64,000 nucleotides of DNA from Eledone cirrhosa (Eukaryota), in contig CAXHJY010001352.1 of the NCBI GenBank assembly GCA_964016885.1, positions 1-64,000 of the forward strand, written 5' to 3'. Positions 1 through 12,355 of the stretch are shown piece by piece (the first letter of the stretch is position 1; each line of letters opens with the position of its first letter). The notes under the pieces were generated by a model. That model had not been told where the DNA came from, made no database searches, and was given only the letters and a program-made list of their open reading frames with translations. Made by a program: the position numbers and the translations under genes.

Positions 1-44
1 AGTGTGTAAAGTATGAAAATATTTATGTCTCATTGAAAGAAGCC

Positions 45-103
45 ACCACACCACCACACCACACCACACCACACCACACCACACCACAACCACAACCACA
101 ACC

Positions 104-146
<43 letters not shown>

Positions 147-147
147 C
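45..147 (+). repeat. Compound (CACCA)n/(CAACCA)n/(CAA)n microsatellite flanked by a ~45-bp direct duplication
   Basis: tgtgtaaagtatgaaaatatttatgtctca(ta)ttgaaagaagcca occurs at 3-45 and 148-192 on either side of the simple repeat. Confidence 0.85.
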
Positions 148-167
148 TGTGTAAAGTATGAAAATAT

Positions 168-3100
168 TTATGTCTCATATTGAAAGAAGCCAAAATGTTC
201 CTCTGTAAAAAGATGTCCAAAAACTGAGATAAACTTGTCAGAGATTTGGAGGCCATTAACGCAGGAAACTCCAGAATCTTCTCCACTGAGAATTACTTGG
301 AGGTTACTGTCTACAGATACTTGGTAGATATTGGCAGGGTCTCCATAGTCTGGTGGTGGTGATATATAAATAGTTTCACCATGTGTTGTGAGATATAGTC
401 TGTCATATATACTATATGATAGTAGTAGTAGTTGTGGTGGTCGTAGTTGTGGTGGTCGTAGTTGTGGTGTTTCTAATGTCCTGACTAACTGTTCTTCTCT
501 GTACCAACAGATAGAACTGGACCACCTCCTCCACCTCCTCTCTGACTTGACAACAACAATGTCTTCACTTGATGTGACACCAACTGCTGAGACTCTCTCC
601 TCCACCACTACCTCCTCCCTTAACCTGTCTACCTCCTCCTCTAACCTGTCTACCTCCTTCTTTAACCTGTCTACCTCCTCCCTTAACCTGTCTACCTCCT
701 CCTCTAACCTGTCTTCCTCCTCCTCTAACCTGTCTTCCTCCTCCCTTAACCTGTCATGGACCTCCTTCATCTTCTCATTGTCCCTCCTCAACTCCTCCTC
801 CACCCTCTCCCTCTCCCCCACCACCCACTCCAACTCCGCTACCACCCACCCCAACTCCCCCTCCACCCTCTCCAACTCCGCCACCTTCTCATCTCTAACA
901 GACACTTCAACACTGTATTTCACTGTTCCACTGTAGATACAAACTATATCTAGATAAGGAGAGTCCCCAGGGTCATATTTAAACACATCACCACCACCAC
1001 CACCACCATATACCTCACTGTTATATATAAACATACGTCTATCACCATCAAAAGCACACACAAGTGGTAGCCATTCTTTTTATAGATACAGTTGTAATAT
1101 TTCTCAAGATTCACCTTTTAATGTGAGAAATATCTTCTCTGTAAATCACCATTTTATGATAGTAAAGGAGAATAAAACAATTATCTGACCATCTGCAAAT
1201 GTCTATTGGTGTTTCTGGTAATATTTTGCCATGGATTATTTTACCTTCTGTTGTTGTTACTGTGATAATATTCCTCAACATGAACACTGCCACATTGTCA
1301 TGTAACATAATTAGTTTACTGTAGTTGATGATGTCCCTCACATATTCCACAAAATATTCCCTCTCATCAACCTGACATCTCTCAGTATATTTAGATATGT
1401 CAGAATACATGGGATAGGAAAGATAAGACATGTTCATAACATGTGGTAAAAATCTCACTGATATTTCATCATTTCCTGAGATACACTCTGCCTTGTAATT
1501 ACCACGTCTCACCTCTAGTAAATTGTTAATTATTTCACCTGAAGTAGTAGTAGTACATCTTGCTTGAGGCAGATGACAATCCAGACGTAATGTCCCATGT
1601 TCCAGAACATTCAGTTTGTTGTCATCAATCTTTATCATATGATATTCTGTCAAGTTGATATGTCGACAGAAGTAAATATTTTCTTCTATCCTCGATATAC
1701 GACCATAAGGTAGAGAACTGGACCAAACATGATATTCTGTCAAATCTTCCTTCTCTAGTTGAATTAATTGATATTCATCAGGAAGTGTAACCATAATAAA
1801 ATCTCCTTCTTCTGTAAAACACACCCCCACCAACTAAAGTTTCAATATTTCTGTGACATAACAGTTCCCCATCTCTCTGAAATATTTTAACATTACCATA
1901 ATTGGTTATTTCATAGACAACTGTTTGTCCATCATCAGTGATGTCCATATCTTTTATTTCAACAGAGCTTTGGTCTGTTTTTACACGACAAACAGGGAAT
2001 GTTTCCCTATTAAGTTCATATAAACCTTCAACATATAAACACCTTCTCTCCCAGTCATATCCAACAAACCTTGGACCTTTACAGTTAATACTGGTGAAAT
2101 GTATGTCATGTCTATAATGTCTTTTATTTAAAAATATTTCCCTGTATTTACCAGTCTGTGACAAACAAACAATCTGGTAATCTCTGTCAGCCAAGTTATA
2201 TAATCTCCAGTGTCCATAAATGTACAAATAATTGTCATCTGTTGTTATACAGGTGTTTGGTGGTATGTCATAATAATATTGTCTGTGTGAATGTAAATAA
2301 CCAGTTTTATATCTGAAGAAAGTGATATATCTACCATTGTGAAATATAATCTCATTCTTAACATTAACTACAATATCAGAGGTGGGAGGACCATCTATAT
2401 ATTCTATGTCATTGATGAACTCAGGTATGTTTATTTCTTTCTTTACATCCACAGTTGAATGTATTTCATCAATATCAATGACAAACAATCTATGTCTACC
2501 TCTATATCTACCTATACCTCTATATCTATCTCTCTCTACACTACTACACACTAGTTGGTTGTCTAACAAAGAAGCTATACCATAATAGCTATGGTCTGTC
2601 TTATAACTTACCAAATACAATGGAAACTCCACTTCTAAAGTTAACAGCTTGTCAGTATCAGTGGTAATGACCAGTGTGTTTGACCCCCAACGACATATAT
2701 GTTTAGGGAGATTGTTATTTAATTTGATAAAGTCAACAATTTGACCATCAAATGTTAATATTTTAATGTTGTTGTTATTGTAGTCATATAATGCAATCAG
2801 GTTATTTTCAGTAACAACAACCAAACACTTCTCCTCCCCACCATAACCACGACCACCCACTGGTCTTGTGTCTACCAAACAAGGAGGAGGTAACAATTCC
2901 TTAGCTTTATCAGAAACTGTCAGATCCTGCAGATATAATGTAGAAGAAAACATTTCACTGACACAGATGTTTCTAGAAAATACATCTACCATGTCAATAA
3001 ACATGTTAGACTGTTTCCTTGTCACCAGATCTACCACCACAGAGTTATGCCTATTTATAGCCAACACACCATCTTTGTCTATCAGATAATGACAAGTGTT

Positions 3101-5476
3101 ATCAATACATCCACCATATAGATCAGAAAGTGGTTTAAAGTTGGGCTCCGAAATAGGGCTGGGACCACTTAAAATACCTCGTTGACCCTTTTTTGATATA
3201 GTTTCGTACATAAACATTTTTTTCTTAGCCACCATAAATATATTTAATGTATCATTGTCTATTGCTAATGAGTTTATTTGACATGGAATAGGGACCCTAG
3301 ACATTACTTCACCCTGGTTATGTTTTTGAACAGATACAATGTCTATATAGTTTGGTTTGTTGTCACAATAACCAACAATTCTACCCTCACCAAACTTCCG
3401 TATCTGTACATAAGGGTGCTTTAATGATATCATTCTAACTGTTTTTGATAGGTTTCCAATAAGCCTTAATTCTTTCTCTAGGGGTAATGTGACAGCCAAT
3501 TGACTAGAACCCCATCTACATATATCTGTAGCTACAGATGGCAGATATAATGTAGATAGCACTTTTATTTCTTCTCCTTCTTTCTTAGAAATGTATAATA
3601 AGCAAGAATTATTTATGTCAGACACCACCAACTGTCCGTTGGGTAGATAACATGTTTCAGCAATCGCAATTTTATTATCATCCTTTTCTTTGTGTCGTAT
3701 CGTTGGATTTCTGATATAAGGATTTAACTTTTTTAAATGACAAATGGATGATTCACAGTTGTAAACAAGAATACTCCCTAGGTTATGGTCAAATAGATAT
3801 ATAGTTCCTTCACAAATACCATTAGAGAAGCGAGAAGCTACCGGAAGTTTTAATTTCCATTTATATTCTCCATAAATATCATAACATGCCATAATAGAGA
3901 GTGTAGGGAAGATAACATACAAGTAAAAAGTGTCTGAGTAGATATGATTGGGACGGCTGTTAAAATCAAAATATGTTTCGAAAAGTTCTTCTTCACCTAA
4001 ACTAGAATGAAATATTAATTTACGATATTTCTTATCTAAAATAACAAAATAAGTTGGAGTTGTAGCTATACTGACATCACCATGTTCTAATGATTTTATT
4101 TTTTCACATTTTACCTTGTCTTCCTCAATCTTTAATTTATGGACCTCATTCATTCCACAAGTGGTCAAAGCCATAAACCTATCTAATACTACATGACATA
4201 TTTGAATGTAATTCTTATCTAAACAATAGAGATTACCTTCTTTTAGTTCAGGACATGTAATATGTTGTATATGTTGTGTAGTTCTAGTTTTATTGAATAG
4301 AACCAGAAATTTGCTGGAGTCTATTCTGCAAAATCTAGATGGTTTGGACTTAAATATTAATTCCTTACCTCTACACAATTCTGTCCCACTGTAAGTGTAT
4401 AGTATAGCTTTCAGATCCCTGTATACAACTAATACAGAAGATCGTGACATAGGTAGAATCTCATATATCTCGTTAGGGTACTCTATATTAATTTTGTCAT
4501 TCAAACAGGGTGTTTGGGTCTTTTGATAATAAGACATCTTTGGCCAAAACTTTTTTGTCTTAAAACGATATATCTGACCAGAAACATCAGATACAAACAT
4601 ATTATTTAAGTCAAATGTAATATATTGAGTGCTTATCCCAATATCCTTTTGAGAGATGCCACCTATTGAGGAGATCTTATAAATAAGCTGCCCTTGAAAT
4701 ACATAAAAATAATTCCTGAAAACGGTGATGTCAGCAGGAATGTCCTTAGAATGGAGGTGAAATTGAAATAATTTACGACCATTCAGATCATAACAGATTA
4801 TAACGGTTAAATTATAAAATATTACTAAAACATGATCGTCTGGCCCTATGGCTATACTTCTCGGCTCATGTTTCACCTCAAATTGCTCAGTATATGTTTT
4901 TTCAATCCAATTTACCATATATATTTTTTTTTCTAATAATTTAAAACCTAGGAATCTACTATCTTTATAATATGAAATTTTATGAAAGCCGACTTCAAGA
5001 GTTTTTATTGCAACACTAGAGGGTGAGAAGAACAGAATTTGATTGTCAAATGGTAATGTGGCAATTACCACATTTTGGTTAAACCTATCAATATCAGTGA
5101 CCAGTGATTTACAGTGTACCATACGACAACAGCCAGTTGGTGGTGTGTACTTTAGTGTTAATACACGTGGGATATAGCTCATAGTACCATCCTTTAAGGG
5201 TACAATATATTTTAATGGAAGAGAGTAATATTCTACAGGGTCTTCTACAGTAACTTTTACAGTGTCTACTACTGGAGGAACAGGTGTATATAATATTTGG
5301 TATGGTACTGTGATATCTTTCTCAAAGGGGATTTCAGTTAACACTTTTACCTTAGATTTATTTTCCCTAATAGTCTGTTGTAGTGGAATCACCAAATCCT
5401 CCCTGTCATATACTACTTGGGGTAACTGTCTACTTATAATTTGGTCTTCTACACTAACTATTTCTGCAGCCTCCAT
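168..5476 (-). CDS. Large intronless multi-beta-propeller (NHL/6-bladed-like) protein with a late coiled coil; split by about 3 single-base frameshifts (recent pseudogene or assembly indels), ~1770 aa if repaired
   Basis: ORFs 1778-5476 (1232 aa), 1111-1833 and 168-1061 are collinear. Recurrent blade motifs: DIDRFNQNVVIATLP, DICRWGSSQLAVTLP, HICRWGSNTLVIT, GVCFTEEGDFIMVTLP, DICRWSDNCFIL, LPNGQLVVSDINN. Removing one base from the C5 run at 1824-1828 gives TLVGGVCFTEEGD. Confidence 0.7.
610..757 (-). repeat. 21-bp coding minisatellite encoding heptads (RLEEEVD/RLREEVD), predicted coiled coil
   Basis: taacctgtctacctcctcct-type unit repeated about 7 times; translates to E/R-rich heptads. Confidence 0.85.
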
Positions 5477-6039
5477 TGTTTGTCTCTACTTCTACAACTG
5501 GTTATATATATGTATATATATGTGTGTGTGTATATGTGTTATGTGTATGAATGTAATTCCAAACACCTTCACAATTTCAAAATTTTCAGATAAATTTACC
5601 AAATCTAAAATGAAATATAGGAAAAAGAAATATTGATTAGTTTTGTGAAAATATTAGTTTTTCAAATAAATGGATTAATAAGAAAACATCATTTTCTCTA
5701 AATATATTAAATCCAGCTGTTTATTTGGCAAATATGATCAACAATGAGAATAATCACTAAAAATAAATGTTAACAAAGAAAAATATGATATTACATGTAT
5801 TGTATGAAGAAAGTCCTAGTGAGAAAATGTAGTTACACAGAATATAAGTATTGCCAATGAATATATATAAGAAGTATTGCCAACTTGGAGCACCCCCTGG
5901 TGCTCAAGTGGTCACACATGCCATTCAAACAAAGAAGGTGGCTTGGAAATAAGTCCTTCTTGCACTTGCAGGACAAGCAGTCATGAAAAGTCACAGCAGA
6001 GACGACAGTCAGGTGTCTAAAATTAAGACATGGGAAATA

Positions 6040-6850
6040 TTTGGGGTTAAGCTGGAATCCAACTTCAGATCAACAAATATTTATGGGCTCATGCACAGCC
6101 AAGTTGGAAGAGGTATCAAGACTGGTGAGTGTAAGATCAGTCGGCTGATTTTGCAGACGTCATCGTACTACTTAACTCAAGAGAAGGTGATCTCTGACAT
6201 GCATTTGACAGATTTGATGCCAAGTGCTGCACGGCAGGAATGAAAATCAGTGATGCAAAGACTGAGACACTCATCCTCTCAAGGAAGCCTGTTTAGTGCA
6301 CTCCACAAGTGAATGGAGTTACACCGAATGCTTCAGCATTCGGTCATTAGAAGAAAGGAGGTATGTGTGAAAGCTGAACTCGATATCTTCAATTTGTTTA
6401 GGTGCCAACCCTTAACTATCGTCATGAATCTTGTTTAATGATCGAAAGAATATGATTGCATATACTATTGGCTGAAATGGGGTTCCTTTGAAGGGTCTTT
6501 GGAGCAATGTTACTCAATAGAATGAGTAACTCGGAGATCAGAGAGTCACTCCAGGTAGAGCCGCTACTTCTCCGAATTGAGAGATCTCAACTCTGATACT
6601 ACAGACATGAGGTTAGAATGTCTCAGGAAAGAATTGTTGAAAAGATTTTATGAGCAAAGCCAACCATCAGGCGTACCTGGGGTAGACCCTGAGCAAGATG
6701 GTTGGATAACATCCATGAGCTTGGCTGGTTTCACTTGGGCATTCAGCTGGATCAGTTGGAGACAGTTGCTTCTGACAGGACCCATTGGAAGGAGTACTTG
6801 AGAAATATTCCCCCACTGCCCTCCTCCCAGGAATATATCAGCAAAGAAGA
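6040..6850 (+). mobile_element. Decayed RTE-like LINE, RT/3' part
   Basis: Degenerate FADVIVLL (YADD-like) and PTLNYxHES motifs; many stops; homologous to the inverted copy at 7045-8232. Confidence 0.6.
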
Positions 6851-7044
6851 ATATATATATTATAAACCCCATTTGTAAGCCAAGGCAGCTAATCAACACA
6901 AGTTTAGGTGCTGTGGCTTTGAAATTCTCATGAGTATAAAATATATTTATGAAGTTTTAGTATTTTAATCTTTAAAATGTTTTAAGTGTCTTTTAGAATA
7001 TAGTTTTTGTTACACAACTCCATTACGTAATGCTTTTTTACCAT

Positions 7045-8232
7045 TTCATCTGTTTTCTTCTTTGCCAACTTATTCCTGATAGGGTCAGGGTGTAGAGTCC
7101 TCAAACTCTCCTTCCAGTGGGTCCTGTCAGAAGCAACCATCTCCAACTGATCCAGCTGCATGCCCAAGCACGTCTTGTTCGGGATCTACCCCTGGGTCTT
7201 TTGCTGGTTGTTTTACCCGTAACATCTGTCCAGCGATTCTTTCCTGAGACATTCTAACCTCATGCCCAGAGTATTGGCGCTGTCATCTCTCAATTCAGAG
7301 AAGTAGTTGCTCTACCTGCAATGACTGATCTCTAAGCTATGCACTTTATCGAGTAACGTTATTCAAAAGACCCTTCGGAAGTATCCCATTCTAGCCCCAT
7401 GCCTATAGTATCGGAGCTGTGATCTCTCAATTCAGAGAAGTAGCAGCTCTACTCGGAGTGACTTTCTGATCTCTGAGCTACACACTCTATCGAGTAACAA
7501 TACTACAAAGACCCTTCGCAGGAACCTCATTCACGATTATATTTTTTGGGTCATTATCCAAGATTCATGACCCTAGGTAAGGGTTGGCATGAATGTCGAA
7601 TTGAAACAGTGAGTTTGGCTTTTACTCCTTCCTACCTTCTGATTAATGAAGCTGGCATATTACTGTACCAGTCTTTGTAATTCTTACACTTAATTTAGCC
7701 TCTTGCCAACCATCACTTGTGAACATGGCCCCAAGATACTTGAACTTCTCTACCTGCTTCAGTGGAACTCCATTCACATGTGGAGTACACTGCACTGGCT
7801 TCCATGAGAGGACAAGTGTCTCAGTTTTCACAGTACTGATTTTCATTCCAGCCATGCAGCACTCGGCAACAAACCTATCAAGTGCAAGTCAAATATCTTC
7901 TGTCGAGTTAAATAACACCATGTCATCATCAAATTCCAGCCAAGTGATTTTACAGCCGCCAGACATGATACCACTTCCAACCCAGCTGCGTATATCAATC
8001 CTGTTCATGTAAATAACAAACAGGAGAGTTGACAGTATACACCCTTGGTGGAGTCCAACTCCCATATTGAATGGTTTCTATTTAACACCATTTATCCCAA
8101 CATAGATACCCAGGCATTGATATAGAGACATCAGGGCAGCAAGAAGTTGACTATCAATCACATACTCCTGTACAGCCTACCACAGCAGGTGGCCAAGGAA
8201 CGTAGTCATATGCCTTCTCAAGGTCAACAAAA
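7045..8232 (-). mobile_element. Decayed RTE-like LINE, RT/3' part, with a small internal duplication
   Basis: Minus-strand FVDLEKAYD and MKISTVKTE...VEKFKYLG motifs; tctctcaattcagagaagtag repeated at ~7287 and ~7423. Confidence 0.7.
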
Positions 8233-8591
8233 TATATGAGTATATACAGTATATATAATATTGTATGGACCTAATAAAATAGTACATTTAACTTACGTAT
8301 TTTATAATCACTTTCGTCGATTTCATTGGTTTTGTATTAGAAACTGGTAATTGGGAATCTGAAATAATGGAATATTATTGATAAAAACATTTTTATTTTT
8401 ACATAAATGTAAGTAAAGTCTCAAAAATAAGTTTTAAATAATAAAAAAAGAAATTATGAATATAAAACTGATATTATCATCATCACCATCACCATCATAC
8501 ATGTGTATTTCTGTGCTGGATAGGTTGGATGGATTGTTACAGACCAACCCAATATTTAATAAAAGCTACTGTCTTCTTACAGACCGAATCA

Positions 8592-8625
<34 letters not shown>

Positions 8626-8656
8626 ATGTTATTATTTACTATCTCACACTTTTTAA

Positions 8657-8785
8657 TAATTGTTTCTACTTTAGGAACAAGGCCAGCAATTACCCCAGTG
8701 CATTACTGGTACTTTATTTTATCGACCACGTAAGGATGAAAGGCAAAGCTAGCCCCGATGGGATTTGAACTCAGACCATAAAGGA
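8657..8785 (-). mobile_element. tRNA-derived SINE, family 2 (MetaSINE-like central domain), 5'-truncated
   Basis: Reverse complement has B-box gagttcaaatccc followed by ctttgcctttcatccttacgtggtcgataaaataaagtaccag; same family as 39497, 40206, 53792. Confidence 0.65.
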
Positions 8786-8894
8786 ACAGTCAGCAAGGTT
8801 AAAATTAACAATAAATATTAACTGAAGAATTTAGCATAAAAGTAAGTGTTCATCAAAGCTCCGTCCATAGCCCCCTCCTGTTTGTTATTCCCCT

Positions 8895-9725
8895 TCAAGC
8901 TATAACAGAGGGGTTTAAGACTGGCTGCCCATGGGAACTTCTATATGCAAATTATCTAACTCTCATAGCTGAATCTATGGCTGAACTAGAGAACAAATTC
9001 CAAACATGGAAGCATGGCCTAGAATCAAAAGACCTTAAAGATAACTTATCTAAGACTAAAGTTCTGGTACGTAGAAAGGAAAATAGGGCACAGGTGCCCA
9101 CAGGGAAATGACCATGCTCAGTGTGTAGGAAAGGAGTAGGTAGAAATTCCATTCTGTGCCCCAAATGCAAACTATGGGTACATAAAGATATAGTGGGATC
9201 ACAGGCAACCTATCTAAGAATGTAGATGGTTCTATAGAGACATGGGCATTGTGTGCAGAGGACCTGCACAGATTGGAAAGGAACGAAGCATGCATGCTCC
9301 GTTGGAAGTGTAATAGTAATATACATGTACAGTAAAACATAAACTAACTAAGTGAGAAATTAGGATTAGAGGAATCAGATGCTGTTTACTTGAGAGAAGA
9401 CTACGTTGGTATGGTGATGTGATGCACATCAAAGATGACAGCTGTATAACAAAGTGCAGGGCGATCAAAATTGATAGAAGTTACGGAGTAGGTAACCCCA
9501 GAAAAACCTGGGACGACATGATCTGACCTTGCATATTTAGACCTCTCTAAGACAATGTCACTGGATCGAGATTTTGGCACCACACAGTAATACAGAAGAC
9601 CCACCTTCCCGATGTCCTATATGAGCAAGACACGGTCACCTGATCAATCTTGCCTTATGTGGGACAATTACCATCTAACCCATGCTAGCATGGAAGATCT
9701 ACGTTAAATGTTGGTGATGATGATG
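8895..9725 (+). mobile_element. Decayed, internally deleted RTE LINE 3' fragment (subfamily B) with (GAT)n tail
   Basis: Homologous to 30160-31530: [27 protein letters not shown], stops and indels. Confidence 0.85.
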
Positions 9726-10105
9726 ATATATGTGTGTATAGGATATATATATATATATATGTATGTAGAAAATATATGTGTGTCTATATATATGTATAGG
9801 ATATATATAGTGTGTATATAAAATGTATGTATGGTATATGTGTAAAAAAATATATATATGGTGTGTGTATACGATATATATATATATATGTATGTAGAAA
9901 ATAGATATGTGTATATGTGGTGTGTATATGTATGTATGTGTATGAAATTTATGTATATGTATGTATAGGAGTTTATATATATATATATGTATGCATATAA
10001 AATATATGTATGTGTGTATGTGATATATATATATATATATGTGTATGTACAAGATATGTATAATATATATGTATGTTTAGTGTGTATGTGTGTATATATA
10101 TATAC
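9726..10105. repeat. Degenerate (TA/TG)n microsatellite
   Basis: Low-complexity TA/TG sequence. Confidence 0.9.
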
Positions 10106-10277
10106 ACCCAAGTTAACCAGGAATCTATAAAATTCTTCCCACCGAAGTTAACAAAGAACCAACTCATATTATTATAATATTATAAAATTAAATCAAATAT
10201 TTTTTAACACTACATGTGAAGTCATTCTTTTCCTTTTCTTCAAATAAACCTAACAGTACCAAGGATCTCACACATGT

Positions 10278-10313
<36 letters not shown>

Positions 10314-10317
<4 letters not shown>

Positions 10318-10650
10318 TCCACGCTGTAATGTGGTCGTGTAGGTAAGACGGTAAAAAGTTCCCAGTTCCACACTGTAAATGTGGTTAGTCTTAGGAAGGG
10401 CATCCAGCCGTAGAAAACCTGCCAGATAGTCCTATATGAGCGACACATGGTCACCCGACCAACCTTCCCTCAAGTGGGACAACTCCTGTCTAACCCATGC
10501 TAGCGTGGAAAATGGACGTTAAACGAAGATGATGAGGTTGGTGTTAGGAAGGGCATCCAGCTGTAGAAATCAAGCCAAAATCAGTTACTATCCCACCCTT
10601 GCAAGCAGGGAAAAAGCGGACGTAAAATGAAATGATGATGATGATGAAAT
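10314..10650 (+). mobile_element. Two abutting retroposon 3' tails (RTE-B 3' UTR, then SINE/RTE-A tail)
   Basis: ttaggaagggcatccagc core twice, each followed by a ggacgt(t)aaa and (GAT)n terminus. Confidence 0.8.
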
Positions 10651-10769
10651 GACAAAGGTGAGTCAAAATATAATGCAATTTTTGTCATAGAAAACATCAT
10701 ACTTCGGGACTGGGCATATCAAAAGTTCGAAATAACAGAGGTAAACTTGTTTCCATCATTATCTTTTCC

Positions 10770-11080
10770 TGCTTATTTCAAGATTCACTTCTTTTAATAT
10801 TTTCAAATATCAATACTTCCGGCTAAGATATAATGGACGCTATATCACATTGCTTATATTTCCATCACTAAATTTCACCATGATGCAGTTTATATATAAT
10901 ATCATCTTTTTTAAATGTATCATGGATTACTTTACTGATTACAGAAGAAAGTGTAACACACTCTCTTCAATTTCTGTGGATAATGTCAATTACAATTTTA
11001 TTTGAGATATCATATCTACATGTATGTATATTTGTGTATAATATCAATATACACACTACACATGCCAGCAGAAAACCAAC
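10770..11080 (+). mobile_element. Diverged internal fragment of the Helitron-like family seen at 39837, 50868 and 53695
   Basis: Shares aagattcacttc, acttccgg, atgcagtttatatataatatc, tgtatcatggattac and tataatatcaatatacacactacacatg..gcagaaaacca blocks. Confidence 0.6.
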
Positions 11081-11459
11081 ACAACAGCAACAACAACAAA
11101 AAACAAGACAAAGATTACCAGGTAACTTACTTTTTAGTCTATTTTACATTGTTTAGTCTTATATTACTTTCCACATTTTACGTATATGTGTGTGTATATA
11201 TATATATATATGTATTGAGTGCCTTATATGCTGTGGTTATCCCGATTTCACTTGGGATCTCACACACACACACATATATATATGTATGTTTGTCTCATCT
11301 CACACACACACACATATATATATGTTTATCCCAGGTTCAATCTGGGGTAACCACAGTAAGTACGGTACTCAATACATAGCAGAGTATGAATATTTAATAT
11401 AGAAATGGCTTCTAATCAGGAAGCTTCCTGATGATTTCTCCCGAATGAATCAAGTCTAG

Positions 11460-12331
11460 TCCTGTAGAAGCCATGTCTATATTAAATATATTGAGGGTAG
11501 ACGGCCCTCGTGTTACCTCTGCGGAACCAGAGGTCACCTGAGGGCTGTCTGTCCCCAACTTAATAAGAAAACCCCAATCCTGCCTACACCACCAACAACT
11601 GCACAACCAACACAATCACCACAACTACCACTACAAAAACAACCACCACAGCTCAAACCAAAACAAAACAATGTCCAACCCATCCCCTCCACTCAAAAAA
11701 CAAAAACAATTTCCAAAACACCCGTACCGCAAACACAACCCGAAAATATACCCCTCCCCTCCAACGCGGAAGATGACCCTAGTTCGTCGTCAGACGAGGA
11801 GGAGCACTTCCACACAATCAAAAGAAAAAAAAGAAAACACACCTCAGACACACAATGAAAAAAACCCCTCCCCAAAACATAACACTGACACCAACACAAA
11901 AGAGCTCACAACAACAGCAAACAAAAAACACCACACAAAAACAAAAACATGCATACACATACATAAACACAAGAAACAAAAAACTGTTAAACATTGTGTA
12001 CAACAACAATCTAATAAAAACACAAGGGCCTAACTTCACCCAGGCAGGGGATTTCCCCCACCTCAAAATGATTAAGGCCCCACAGGACACCTATAAAACT
12101 TTAAAAAACAATTTTAAAGAGGACGTGGGTCCCCCCTGCGTCGGGCCCATTAACCGCGTCCTCCTAAAAAACTATCCCACCCCCTCCCCAAACACCCACA
12201 CAACTCCAAGCTCCCCAACCACACAACACACTGATGCCCCCACACTTCCACAAACCACCCCCCCACCCAACAACCCACCCCCCACCCTAATGGAAATTGT
12301 GCAGCCCGATACCCGGGACGCAGAGAGGTAA
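11460..12331 (+). pseudogene. Tx1 ORF1 (gag-like) C-terminal remnant, disrupted
   Basis: Frame starting at 11460 reads IEGRRPSCYLCGTRGHLRAVCP (CX2CX4HX4C knuckle, 11511-11552), then a P/Q/T-rich tract and SSSSDEEE...KRKKRK; frameshift near 11855. Confidence 0.75.
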
Positions 12332-12355
12332 GTGCCTTTTCTCTTCACCACCAAC

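Noticed and set aside
388-936. Ser-rich 182-aa plus-strand ORF
   Set aside because: Antisense shadow of the coiled-coil repeat
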